DNA of 64,000 nucleotides from Akkermansia muciniphila (GCA_945874145.1 CAMCFN010000005.1:12023-76022); one strand, 5' to 3'. Positions 40,062 to 49,370 are shown, counted from the stretch's first letter. Notes: a model not told the origin generated them from the letters alone. A program made the numbers and translations.

Positions 40062-40291
40062 TTAGCCACGGATAACACGCGGAGGAAACATGGATGTGGA
40101 GCATACGAATGTGCGGAGCTTTGGAGTTCATGACGTCGGGCCAACTCCCGAAAAAGTTTTTGCGTCTCCTACGATCCGCCGATCCAGCAGGGCGCAACCG
40201 CAAACTGAGTGCAGCACGCTTACAGGTGCGGTGCTTCCGTCAAAAAACGCCCCGTGGACATTGAGTCGGCAAGTGTCTGGACCCGGACACT

Positions 40292-41587
40292 TCACCCCCG
40301 GCTGAAATCCAACCCCGTCAGCGTTCCCGAGCTGGTTCCGAACTTGTCCGCCTCGATGCCGAGGCGCTGAAGCATGTTCACGAAGAGGTTGCACAACGGC
40401 GGCGGGTTCTTCGGATCGAAATGGAGGTGTTGGCCGTGCTTGAAGCCGCCGCCGGCGAGGAACACGGGCAGGTTTGAGGTGGAATGGCTGCTGCCGTCGC
40501 CGAGGTTGCTGCCGAGGAAAACGGTGGTGCGGTTGAGCAGGTTGGAGCCGTCCTCCCGCGACTGCTTCAGCTTGGTGAGCAGGTCGCGCACGGTCTTCAT
40601 CGTCTCCACTTCCACGAGCTTGAGTTGGTCGAGTTTGCCCGGGTCCTTGCCATGGTGGGAGAGGTCGTGATGCCCCAGCGTCACGCCCTGAATGGGCGGA
40701 GCGAAGGTGGAGCCGGCGAGCATGATCGTGATGAGCCGGGTGGAATCGGTCTGCAGCGCAAGCTGGGTGAGGTCGAAGAGCAGGCGGGTTCGGCCGATGA
40801 GGTCGGCCGCGTTGGGGATGTCCTTGGGCGGATCGACGTTCACCTTGGGCTTGGGAGTCTTGGCCCAGCTTTCGTCGTTCACCATGCGCTGCTCCAGCTC
40901 GCGCACGCTGGTGAGATATTCGTCGAGCTTGTCGCGGTCTTCGCTGCCCAGTCCGGACCGCAGCGATTTCGCCTGGTCGCGGACATCATCGAGAATGCTC
41001 CGGCCGTCGGCGAGCCGGCGCAACTGGCCTTGGACCTCGTCGGCGCGGCCTTCGAGGAAGAGCCGCGCGAAGACTCTGGACGGCACGTTGTCCGCCGGGA
41101 TGAGCGCGCCGGTGCGCGTCCACGAGAGGCCGCCTGATCCTTCACCAGACAATGCCAGGCTAGGAAAACGTGTCTGCGTGCCGATATGGTCGGCGGCGAA
41201 CTGGTCGAGAGAAATGGCGTTGCGAAAGCCGGGCCGGCCCGCGCCCGGGACGCCGGTGAGGAAACTGGCCGATGCTTGATGTGCAAAACTCGAACCCATG
41301 CCGGCATGTGCCAGACCGGAGATGACCGTGAATTCATCGCGGAACTCCTTGAGGATCTCCAGGTAGGGCGAGAGCGCGTAGTCCTTGCCGGCTTGGGCGG
41401 GAAAGAAATTGTCGGGATGCAATCCCAGCGGCGCGCAGATGCAGATGATGCGGCGGGGAGCCTGATTGGCGTTCGGTGGCGGGCGTTCCGGGCTGGGGTC
41501 AGCGGCGAAGACGTCGAGCCACGGCAGCGCGAGCGAGACACCGGCGGTGCGGATGAAGGAGCGGCGGGGGAGCGTCTGAGTGTTCAT
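40292..41587 (-). CDS. DUF1552 protein with a TAT signal
   Basis: RRSFIRTAGVSLALPWL. SLDQ, DRSILD and GNLGDG.SH are typical of DUF1552. This is the expected partner of the DUF1592-family gene upstream. Confidence 0.9.
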   Translation of the reverse strand: MNTQTLPRRSFIRTAGVSLALPWLDVFAADPSPERPPPNANQAPRRIICICAPLGLHPDNFFPAQAGKDYALSPYLEILKEFRDEFTVISGLAHAGMGSSFAHQASASFLTGVPGAGRPGFRNAISLDQFAADHIGTQTRFPSLALSGEGSGGLSWTRTGALIPADNVPSRVFARLFLEGRADEVQGQLRRLADGRSILDDVRDQAKSLRSGLGSEDRDKLDEYLTSVRELEQRMVNDESWAKTPKPKVNVDPPKDIPNAADLIGRTRLLFDLTQLALQTDSTRLITIMLAGSTFAPPIQGVTLGHHDLSHHGKDPGKLDQLKLVEVETMKTVRDLLTKLKQSREDGSNLLNRTTVFLGSNLGDGSSHSTSNLPVFLAGGGFKHGQHLHFDPKNPPPLCNLFVNMLQRLGIEADKFGTSSGTLTGLDFSRG

Positions 41588-41597
41588 AACAGGAGCG

Positions 41598-42398
41598 TTA
41601 ACTGCCTCGTGCGATCACCGGCCACGATCCCCCGATGGAACCCCGGTGTCGGATCAAAGCTGCGAAGCCGGCGGTGAGCGGCGTTGGATTGACCGCCTGA
41701 AGAGTTCTGGGATCGAGATAGAGACAGCCGACTTCCTCGGCCGGCAGGCTTTCCACCAAGCGGCGTCCTTCACTGATGGCGGTGATCCACTGCGCCTTCA
41801 ACTCGGGAAGGCTCAGTGGCTTGGCCAGATGCAAGGCATCAATGTCCACCTGGCGATAGTGGGCAAAGCGGTCGGCGAGTTCGAGGATGAGGCAGGGATT
41901 GAGGCCTTCGTCCTTGCCTGCCGCAGCCCAGGCCAGCGCACCAAGCGACAAGTAGGTGGTGTGCAGGTGAACTGCGTCCACGAAGTCGCGCGGTTCGGCA
42001 CGCCCCGCGAGCGCGAGGAGCTTGTTGGTCGCGGCATCGGCAAAGTGCAGCCGCCAGCCCAGTTCGTCATCGGGTTCCACGGTGTAAAACCGGAAGGCGG
42101 AATCATAGACCCACTCCAGTTTCACGGAATCTTCGTGGCGACTCACGGTCGCTCGATGAAACATGGGCTGGCGAAGCTGCCAGGCAACGGAATATCCGGC
42201 GGCTGTGAGCGCCGCCGCATCCGCACTGGCTGATTGCGCCACCGCCGCCTCCAGATCATGACACAGATCAATGTCCCGCGAGTAGCGCGGCGTGCGCTCT
42301 GCCGCATTAAGCACGGTGGCACCGAAGACGAAGCTCTCCGGACTCCGGCTGCGACGCAGCGTGACAAACACTTCACGCTGAAATGCGGTTAGCGGCAT
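41598..42398 (-). CDS. AbiEii/AbiGii-like nucleotidyltransferase toxin-family protein
   Basis: FGATVLNAAERTPRYSRDIDLCHD (GGxAL...R.S.DIDL NTase motif) and AGRAEPRDFVDAVHL (RDxxD motif). 266 aa. Confidence 0.72.
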   Translation of the reverse strand: MPLTAFQREVFVTLRRSRSPESFVFGATVLNAAERTPRYSRDIDLCHDLEAAVAQSASADAAALTAAGYSVAWQLRQPMFHRATVSRHEDSVKLEWVYDSAFRFYTVEPDDELGWRLHFADAATNKLLALAGRAEPRDFVDAVHLHTTYLSLGALAWAAAGKDEGLNPCLILELADRFAHYRQVDIDALHLAKPLSLPELKAQWITAISEGRRLVESLPAEEVGCLYLDPRTLQAVNPTPLTAGFAALIRHRGSIGGSWPVIARGS

Positions 42399-42604
42399 AG
42401 CTGGGCGGCAAGCTGGAAAGCGCGGCGGTCTCCGTGACGTTGCAGGCCGTCAATGATGATGGGCAGGGTTTCAACCGTGACGACGAAGGCCGGGTCGAGC
42501 GACCAAAAGCAGCGCGTGCGATAGGTTGCCAAGGCCTCACGCGCCAGCGCCAGAACGTCTGGTGTCGAGGGCCTTTCGGGCAGGGCTGCACTGGCCATCT
42601 TCAT
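42389..42604 (-). CDS. 71-aa protein overlapping the AbiEii-like gene start (putative cognate antitoxin)
   Basis: 10-nt overlap with the downstream NTase gene. A/T-richer promoter-like region lies upstream (42605-42730). No recognised domain. Confidence 0.45.
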   Translation of the reverse strand: MKMASAALPERPSTPDVLALAREALATYRTRCFWSLDPAFVVTVETLPIIIDGLQRHGDRRAFQLAAQLCR

Positions 42605-42663
42605 GATCGGATTATCTCACACGCGGTCATTTTGGCACGAGAGTTTTCTTGGTCGCCTCGTTG

Positions 42664-42680
42664 CTTGCTCTGAAACATCG
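42664..42680. repeat. 17-bp direct repeat, copy 1 (orphan copy of the DUF1592-family gene 3' end)
   Basis: CTTGCTCTGAAACATCG is identical to 43169-43185. On the minus strand it encodes MFQSK, as in the gene's C-terminus, but the stop is replaced. Confidence 0.8.
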
Positions 42681-42859
42681 GGCGGTTAACCAACTTTCTG
42701 AAAACTAACGAACAAAAAACTTGACGGGCAGACTGGGGGTTTTGTGTTCACCCAGACAGTGCTGGGGCGAGCCACTTAGTTCAGTTTCCGGTATCGGTGG
42801 CGGCACTGCCGGCCCCTTCGTTGCACCCGCCCGCACTCACCAACGGTGTCAATTCATGA

Positions 42860-43027
42860 CGCATCGCAACCGTCCCGGGCTACACGAACATCCTCCAGTA
42901 TTCAGTTGACCTGACCAACTGGGGCTCCCTCTCGACCAACTTGGTATCCGGAGATTTTCTCGACCTGAACGACGCGGTGCCGGGCGGGAATACTCGGCGC
43001 TTTTACCGGTCACTGTTGGTGCCGTAG
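42860..43027 (+). pseudogene. Remnant of the C-terminus of a large surface protein
   Basis: Open frame without a start: ...TVPGYTNILQYSVDLTNWGSLSTNLVSGDFLDLNDAVPGGNTRRFYRSLLVP*. A neighbouring frame upstream reads ...ALTNGVNS*, suggesting a frameshifted continuation. Confidence 0.45.
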
Positions 43028-43165
43028 CCGAAAGAGCAACTGCGCAGGAGCAGGGCCCCAGGTCACTTGAGCGTTTCGGTGTTGTTCGGGCCGGGGGCGA
43101 GTTTCATGAGGTTTTGCCTCCAAGGCAAACTATCCGTTCGGAGCCAGATGAGCGGCCCATGCCCT

Positions 43166-45661
43166 TCACTTGCTCTGAAACATCGCGCTCTGCGCGACTT
43201 CGTGGATCAAAGACTTGAACCCATATTTCTGGTCGCGGACGTGGCGGACGATGGTCTCGATCTCCGGCTTGTCCGCCTTGGTCGGGGCCGCACCGGTGGA
43301 GTAGGCGAGCAGCTTCTCTGTCAGGGAGCGGGCCAGTTGGTCTTTGTCTTCGAGGAGGAGCTTTTTGTATTCGTCGATGTCGCGAAAGCGCCTTCCGTCC
43401 GGCAGCACATCGCTGGGGTCCACCGCTGGGCCGGGCCAGACGCGGACCCGGCGACCGTTGACTTCTCTCGGCTCGCCCGTGGCGCGGTAGTGGTTGCGCC
43501 AGCCGCCGGTGACGTCGAAGCTCTCCAAAGCGAATCCCGGCGGATCAATCTTGCTGTGGCAGCTTGCGCACGAGGCGACCTGCCGGTGCTTTTCGAGCTG
43601 GGCGCGAATCGTCGTCGCACCGCGAATGTCCGGCTCGATGGCTTCCACGTCTGCGGGCGGCTTCGGCGGTGGCGTGCCGAGGATGCGCTCCAGCACCCAC
43701 GCGCCGCGAATGATGGGCGAGGTCGTGGTGCCGTTGGCAGTCACCTTCAGCACGCTTCCCATCGTCAGCACACCGCCGCGATGACTCCCCGGCGGCAGCG
43801 TCACCTTGCGCATCTCCGTGCCCTCGATGCCGGGGATTCCGTAGTGCTTTGCGAGGCGCGCGTTGAGGAAGGTAAAATCCGATGCCACGAAACTCGTGAG
43901 GCTCAGGTCGCGCTTGAGCACTTCGTCGAAGAACAACACGGTCTCCTTCAGCATCCCCACCTTGAGGATGTCGTCATACTCGGGATAGAGCGTGCGGTCG
44001 GGCGACGTGGCGTCGATGGCGCGCAGGCTCAGCCATTGGCCGGTGAAGTTCTCGGTGAAGGCCTTTGCCTTCGGGTCGCGCAGCAGGCGCTCGACCTGCT
44101 CGCGGAGCACGCCCGGTTCCCGCAGCTTGCGCGCTTCAGCCAGCTTGAACAGCGGCTCGTCCGGCATGGAACTCCACAGGAAGTAGGAGAGCCGGCTGGC
44201 GAGCGCGAAGTCGTCGAGCGCAGGCGCGGTTGCAGCGGCTGGCTGGCTGGCTGACTTCTCACGCAAGAACAGAAAGCTCGGTGAGACCAGCACGGCGCGG
44301 AGGCCCACGCGCATGGCCTGCTCGAAGGAGTAGTTCTGCTCCAGCCGGGTTTTGACGCGCGAGAGAAACGGACGGATGTCCTCGTCCGTCACCGTGCGGC
44401 GAAATGCCCGTCGCGCGAAGTCGCGCAGAATCCGCTCGGCATCCACCATCGGCTGCGAAGACACGGCTTCAAGACGCTTGGGATCAGTCGGACTGGGAAC
44501 GACCGCCTGCTTCAGGTCGCCGAAGATGGCCCGATGACTCGGCGGCGGCCAGGACGCGAGCAACGGCCCCTCGACATCCACCCACTGGATGACGAGGCCC
44601 GGCCCCATGTATTTGTCGGCCCCGATTTTCTCGACGGCAGGCGGCAGCGCGGGCAGTCCCTCGGCGAGGATGCGGATGCGGTTCTCGGGTTCGAGCTGCT
44701 CGGTGAACTCAATGACCGTGGGCTTGTCCGCTGGCACGGCGAAGTAGTCAATCAGCCGCTCCTCGGTCACTTCCTTGAGCGTGCCGGCGGTGACGCGGAA
44801 GTTGATCGGCTTGCCCTCGCTTTGAAAACCGTAGCCCGAGATGCGGAAGCGATACTTGCCGCGCACATGGCTGCGGAAGTTCCACATGGTGACTCGGATG
44901 TTGGCCGACTCCCAGGAGGCGAAGATCGCGACGCCATCATCCACATGGCGGTAAACGCTTCCCGTGGGCTTGACGGACTTTTCCTCCCGGATGTCGAACC
45001 GCTTCTTGAGGAGCCAAGGCTGCGGTTGGTTGGCGATGGCCTCGTTCAGCACCCGCTCGGCGGCATCGAGGTAACTCCGCATCAAATACGAGGACGTGTG
45101 CAGCGCCTCGGCGCTGTTGTCGAAGCCGCTCGTCGAGGTGTCCAGCGGCAGCAGGTCGCCCAGATCCACCTCCACCCCGAGCAGGTCGCGCACGGTGTTC
45201 GCATACTCGGCGCGGTTCAGCCGCCGCAAAACCACCCGGCCCTCCGTGGCCCGCCGGGCCAGCTCCGCCGCACGAGCGCGTTCACGGATCCATTCGACCG
45301 CAGCCTGAACCTCCGGCGCGGACGGACGCGGTTTGTCCTTCGGTGGCATGTCACCCGTCTTGAGCTGTTCCTGCACGGTCAGCCATTGCTCACGGTTCTT
45401 CCGGTCAGCAAAGTCCTGCGTGAGGCTCTCGATCTGGAAGTCGCCCTTGGGCTTGGACCCCGAGTGGCATTTCTGACAGTGCTGGGCGAAGAATTGCCGG
45501 GTGGGGCTGGGCGCTGGCTTGCCGTCAGTGGCGGCTGCACGCGTTTCCGCTGCGACGATTCGCAGGCTGATGAAAGCGATGCCGGCGAGCAACATGATCA
45601 GCCACGGCATTCTCCCCAGCCGGTATTTCACGCAGTGATGATGTGTCTGGCCGTGGGACAT
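43166..45661 (-). CDS. DUF1592/DUF1588/DUF1587/DUF1585/DUF1595-family protein with cytochrome c motifs
   Basis: FAQHCQKCHSGSKPKGDF, LRRLNRAEYANTVRDLLG, GFDN, CASCHSKIDPPGFALE. Alternative start at ATG 45610. Confidence 0.9.
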   Translation of the reverse strand: MSHGQTHHHCVKYRLGRMPWLIMLLAGIAFISLRIVAAETRAAATDGKPAPSPTRQFFAQHCQKCHSGSKPKGDFQIESLTQDFADRKNREQWLTVQEQLKTGDMPPKDKPRPSAPEVQAAVEWIRERARAAELARRATEGRVVLRRLNRAEYANTVRDLLGVEVDLGDLLPLDTSTSGFDNSAEALHTSSYLMRSYLDAAERVLNEAIANQPQPWLLKKRFDIREEKSVKPTGSVYRHVDDGVAIFASWESANIRVTMWNFRSHVRGKYRFRISGYGFQSEGKPINFRVTAGTLKEVTEERLIDYFAVPADKPTVIEFTEQLEPENRIRILAEGLPALPPAVEKIGADKYMGPGLVIQWVDVEGPLLASWPPPSHRAIFGDLKQAVVPSPTDPKRLEAVSSQPMVDAERILRDFARRAFRRTVTDEDIRPFLSRVKTRLEQNYSFEQAMRVGLRAVLVSPSFLFLREKSASQPAAATAPALDDFALASRLSYFLWSSMPDEPLFKLAEARKLREPGVLREQVERLLRDPKAKAFTENFTGQWLSLRAIDATSPDRTLYPEYDDILKVGMLKETVLFFDEVLKRDLSLTSFVASDFTFLNARLAKHYGIPGIEGTEMRKVTLPPGSHRGGVLTMGSVLKVTANGTTTSPIIRGAWVLERILGTPPPKPPADVEAIEPDIRGATTIRAQLEKHRQVASCASCHSKIDPPGFALESFDVTGGWRNHYRATGEPREVNGRRVRVWPGPAVDPSDVLPDGRRFRDIDEYKKLLLEDKDQLARSLTEKLLAYSTGAAPTKADKPEIETIVRHVRDQKYGFKSLIHEVAQSAMFQSK
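43169..43185. repeat. 17-bp direct repeat, copy 2 (the last codons of the DUF1592-family gene)
   Basis: CTTGCTCTGAAACATCG immediately follows the TCA (stop, minus strand) at 43166-43168. Confidence 0.8.
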
Positions 45662-45693
45662 GATTGGTTCTTTTGATGAAGCGTGAGGCCGGT

Positions 45694-46728
45694 TTATTGC
45701 GGTCGCTTTCGCCAGATGGTCAGGTTGCGTTCCTCGCTGCGGCCCACTTTGTAGAGTTCCGCATTCTCGTGAGCGGCATCGGTGAAGTCCATCTTGTGTC
45801 GCGGATGACCATGCAGGGAGGTGGTGGTCTGCGCCAAAGCAGAGGGCAACTGACTGACCTGCATCACAATTCGCTCATCGAAGACCTGATAGCGGGCGAA
45901 ATCACTGGGATAGGAGGCGGTGCCGCAGATCGAGATGTGGTGCACGCCCTTCCGCTCCGCCTGACCGGTGAGATGCAGGTGACCGGACAGGACCGCGATA
46001 ATCGAACCCGCGTGCTCGTCAACGAGCGCGAGCAGTTCGGGATCGTGGGCCGCGTAGGAGCGGAAGCCAAAACTTTTGGCGAGCACCGGTTCGTCCCGGA
46101 CCGGAATGATGGGGATGTGGCAGGCGAGAATTTTGGGCTGACCGGGGTGGGCTTTGAGCACGTCATTCAGCCAGGCATTACGCCGCCGGATGATGTCTGG
46201 GCCAACCACGACTGCCCCGCTGTTGTTGAGCATGATAAACCGCAGTCCCCCGGCTTCGAAAGTATAGTTCACCCGCTGGTCGCCAAACACGTCGCGATAG
46301 GCCTTTTCATAGACCGAATCACCTTCCCGCTGGACGACCTCGTGGTTTCCCATCGCGGGGTAGAAGGGGGCTTTGAGAGGTTTGATGATCTGCTGAAACG
46401 CCGCCAGATCTCTGGGCAGTTGATCGAGCCGTTCACCGTGAATCAGATCGCCAATGCCCAGGACGAAGTCGGGCGGTTGCCGGTTGATCTCCTGAACCAC
46501 CCACTGGGCTTTCTCGTTGGCGCTGTTGTAACCCTTGATGGTTGTGCCCGGTTCCTGCACATGCAGATCGTTGATCTGCACGAAGGTCAGGCGCGGCTTG
46601 GCATCGGGCTGGGACGCGCCGCCGGCGGGGATGGAGCGCCAAACGCTTCCGCTCGCCGCGACTCCCAGTGCTGGTAGAAAGGCCCGGCGAGTCAGGCCGG
46701 CATTCCTCGTTGCTCGTTGCTTGCTCAT
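45694..46728 (-). CDS. Calcineurin-like metallophosphoesterase with a TAT signal
   Basis: Start ATG 46728. TRRAFLPALGVAASG; VQINDLHV; GDLIHG; GNHEV. Confidence 0.85.
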   Translation of the reverse strand: MSKQRATRNAGLTRRAFLPALGVAASGSVWRSIPAGGASQPDAKPRLTFVQINDLHVQEPGTTIKGYNSANEKAQWVVQEINRQPPDFVLGIGDLIHGERLDQLPRDLAAFQQIIKPLKAPFYPAMGNHEVVQREGDSVYEKAYRDVFGDQRVNYTFEAGGLRFIMLNNSGAVVVGPDIIRRRNAWLNDVLKAHPGQPKILACHIPIIPVRDEPVLAKSFGFRSYAAHDPELLALVDEHAGSIIAVLSGHLHLTGQAERKGVHHISICGTASYPSDFARYQVFDERIVMQVSQLPSALAQTTTSLHGHPRHKMDFTDAAHENAELYKVGRSEERNLTIWRKRPQ

Positions 46729-46859
46729 GTAGAATGTCGTCGTTGGCTCGTATCTCAGCTGCACGAGGCTGCTCATCGCGCTGGGTCCGCACCTCCACGC
46801 CGCATCGACTCACCCTCGGCTGCACGAATTTGGAGCGGCCGGAAGGCCGCGCTCCAATC

Positions 46860-47885
46860 TCAGTGCATCCCACTCGCCTTGAGCAGGGCTTCGTGGACGA
46901 GTTCGTCCTCTTCCGGTGTGACGGCGAGGCGCTGGCCCGAGCGGATGCAGGCGGCGAGTTCGGCAAACTCCGGGAAGTAGCGCTGGTAGGGCGGGAAGTT
47001 GATGACCTGGCTGCCCTTTTTGTAGGGGCCCGCTTCCTTCGCCAATTCGATGGTCAACACAGGTTGTTCCAGCGGCTTCACCACGGCGATACCGTTGGTG
47101 CCTTGAATCTCAAAGGTGCGGTGTGCGCCCGCCGTGGGCTGCATGGTCGCGCTGCTGATGATGCCGATGGCCTGCTTGAAGTCGAAGACCGCCAGACAGT
47201 TGTCCGCGAGGCTGTCCGCGACTGTGGTGTCATGCCGGAGGATCGGCGTAATCTTCGCGTGCTTGCCCAGCAGGCGGACCAGCGGGTCCACCAGATGGCA
47301 GCCAAGCTCATACATCGTGCCGCCGGCGATCTCGGCAAAGGACGCGCGTGACTCGCCAGTGATGTTGGTGTTGATGACGCCGCGCACGAGATACACCTCG
47401 CCGAGCCAGCCCTTTCGCGCGGCTTCCAGTGCGGCGTTGATGCCCGGGTTGAAGCGCCACATGTAGCCCATTTGCAGCAGCACCTTTTTGTCCCGGGCCA
47501 GCCCGAGCAGCTCGCGGAACTCTGCGAGCGTAACGGTCGGCGGCTTCTCGATGTGGACATGCTTGCCGGCGAGCAGGGCCGCCCGGGCGAGGCCAGCGCG
47601 ATCCTTTGCATCGCACTCAATGGCCAGCACCTCGCTGGCGCTGATCACCTCGGCCTGCGACAGCAATTTCCCCCCCAGCTGCTCAACCGTGGCGCGCTGG
47701 CGGACCCCGGGCTCAAACACGCCGACGCACTCCCAGTCCGGCGAGTTGAGCGCGAGCTTCAGCTTGGGCGAAGCATGTGAATGACTACACCCGAGGAACC
47801 CAATCTTCACCCGGCGCGGCGACTCAGCAGCGATGACTGCCAGAGGGGTGAGCGCGGCGGCTTGAAGGAAGAATCGGCGGTCCAT
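46860..47885 (-). CDS. Gfo/Idh/MocA-family oxidoreductase with a TAT signal
   Basis: DRRFFLQAAALTPLAV leader. Rossmann fold VKIGFLGCSHSHA. EKP motif (HVHIEKP). Confidence 0.88.
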   Translation of the reverse strand: MDRRFFLQAAALTPLAVIAAESPRRVKIGFLGCSHSHASPKLKLALNSPDWECVGVFEPGVRQRATVEQLGGKLLSQAEVISASEVLAIECDAKDRAGLARAALLAGKHVHIEKPPTVTLAEFRELLGLARDKKVLLQMGYMWRFNPGINAALEAARKGWLGEVYLVRGVINTNITGESRASFAEIAGGTMYELGCHLVDPLVRLLGKHAKITPILRHDTTVADSLADNCLAVFDFKQAIGIISSATMQPTAGAHRTFEIQGTNGIAVVKPLEQPVLTIELAKEAGPYKKGSQVINFPPYQRYFPEFAELAACIRSGQRLAVTPEEDELVHEALLKASGMH

Positions 47886-47979
47886 GAAATCAGTGGTTGA
47901 AGGCGTAAGAACGAACGCAGGTGAACAAGAAAAAGGCCCGCTGTCGCGAGGACAGCAGGCCGGAATCGTGAGGAAATTC

Positions 47980-48492
47980 TTACTTGGCCACCTTGCCGGC
48001 CAGGCCAGCCTTGTTCAGTTCAGCAAACACATCCTTCGCGTTGAAATCGCCCGTGACTTCAAACGTAGCGACATTTTTCTCAGCGGTGTTGCCTTTCACC
48101 CCGGCGACGCGGCCAACCGCCTTTTGCACGGCCGTCACGCATTTACCGCAGCAGAGATGCACGCCCTCAACCTTCAACTTCTGCACCTTGCCAGCCGGGA
48201 CACCGGCAGTGGCAGCAACCTTGATGGAGGCATCACTGGTCTTGCCGTAATACCCTGCCGCTTGCAGCGATTCCACGGCCTGCTGGAGAATCGCCTTGCT
48301 GGAGGCCGCAATAGTTACGGTGCCAGCATCCTTGTCCACTGTGGCCGTGGCTCCGCCGACCTTGGCAACAGCTTTCTCCGCGCCTTTCACGCAGCCGCCG
48401 CAGCAAAGATGCACGTCGGCGAGTTTGACTTGATCGGCTTGGGCCAGCAGGGCGGCGCTAACGAGGGCGAGGGCGATGTGGAGGGTTTTCAT
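47980..48492 (-). CDS. Secreted protein with two heavy-metal-associated (HMA)-like domains
   Basis: Start ATG 48492. Signal peptide. Two repeats carrying HLCCGGC and HLCCGKC where HMA domains normally have MxCxxC. Confidence 0.75.
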   Translation of the reverse strand: MKTLHIALALVSAALLAQADQVKLADVHLCCGGCVKGAEKAVAKVGGATATVDKDAGTVTIAASSKAILQQAVESLQAAGYYGKTSDASIKVAATAGVPAGKVQKLKVEGVHLCCGKCVTAVQKAVGRVAGVKGNTAEKNVATFEVTGDFNAKDVFAELNKAGLAGKVAK

Positions 48493-48566
48493 GAAGAGGA
48501 CTGGGTTGTTGGTGTGATCGAACGGGCGGTTGACGGCCAGCCCAAGCCACGGATTCATCCGGCCCG

Positions 48567-49274
48567 TCAGCGGGAAGCCCGCGCGACGTTGATGGAATCC
48601 CGGAGCCGCTTGTTGTCGGCGCGGATGCGGGCGGTGAGCGTCTTGCAGACGGACACGAGGAACGGCGTGGCCAGCTCAGGCGCCTCCTTCACCAAGCGTT
48701 CAAAGTTCGTGGCGGAAACTTTGAGGAGCACCGAGTTGTTGTTCGCCACCACGTCGGCCGAGCGCGGGCCGTGGTCGAACAACGAGATGTCGCCGAAGAA
48801 TTCGCCCGCCAGCAGCGTGACCAGCACGGTTTCCTTGCCACCAATCATCTGGCGGACGCGCAGCTCGCCCTCAAGGATCAGATACATCGCATCCCCGGGG
48901 TCGCCCTGCTTCACGATGGTGTGGAACTGCCTGGCGTTCTCCACCTCCATGAACTGGGCGAACCGCCCTAGTTGCTGGTCGCTCATCTCGGACAGAATCT
49001 TCACGCGCCGCAACGCCCCCGGCCGGATGCCGGCAATCAACGGGGCTGCCATCGGCGCCGCGCCGCCGGGTTGAATTGCGGCGAAAGCCGAGCGCAGCTC
49101 AGGAATTTTCCCGGCCTTCTCCCACTTGTCCTGTTTGGTGACAAACACCCATGTGTCCGCCACGACGCGCTCATCCTTCACCCACTCCACCAAGGTCGGC
49201 AGATCCACCGGCCCATAGACAACATCGTCCACAGCCCAAATCTTGTAACCATCTTCTTGGGGTGCTTGGTCCAT
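48567..49274 (-). CDS. GYF_2-like N-terminal domain + cyclic-nucleotide-binding domain protein
   Basis: YKIWAVDDVVYGPVDLPTLVEWVKDERV (GYF_2-like). GDPGDAMYLILEGELRV...FFGDISLFD..PRSADVVA (cNMP-binding). Confidence 0.82.
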   Translation of the reverse strand: MDQAPQEDGYKIWAVDDVVYGPVDLPTLVEWVKDERVVADTWVFVTKQDKWEKAGKIPELRSAFAAIQPGGAAPMAAPLIAGIRPGALRRVKILSEMSDQQLGRFAQFMEVENARQFHTIVKQGDPGDAMYLILEGELRVRQMIGGKETVLVTLLAGEFFGDISLFDHGPRSADVVANNNSVLLKVSATNFERLVKEAPELATPFLVSVCKTLTARIRADNKRLRDSINVARASR

Positions 49275-49370
49275 TGGGGCGTTTTCTAAACTTGCTACTC
49301 CAAGGTGTAAAGGAAATCGGCAATTGCGACGGCTGAGCGGCTCATAATCTTCACCTCGTCTGCCAAAAAT

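Noticed and set aside
40090-40305. 71-aa ORF in the A/T-richer spacer between the MBL-fold and DUF1552 genes.
   Set aside because: No motifs and poor codon bias. The spacer must also contain the MBL-gene promoter and the end of the DUF1552 transcript.
43067-46677. Plus-strand ORFs (395, 380 and 337 aa) opposite the DUF1592-family and metallophosphoesterase genes.
   Set aside because: Shadow frames with Arg/Gly/Leu-rich composition. The opposite-strand genes carry family motifs and signal peptides.
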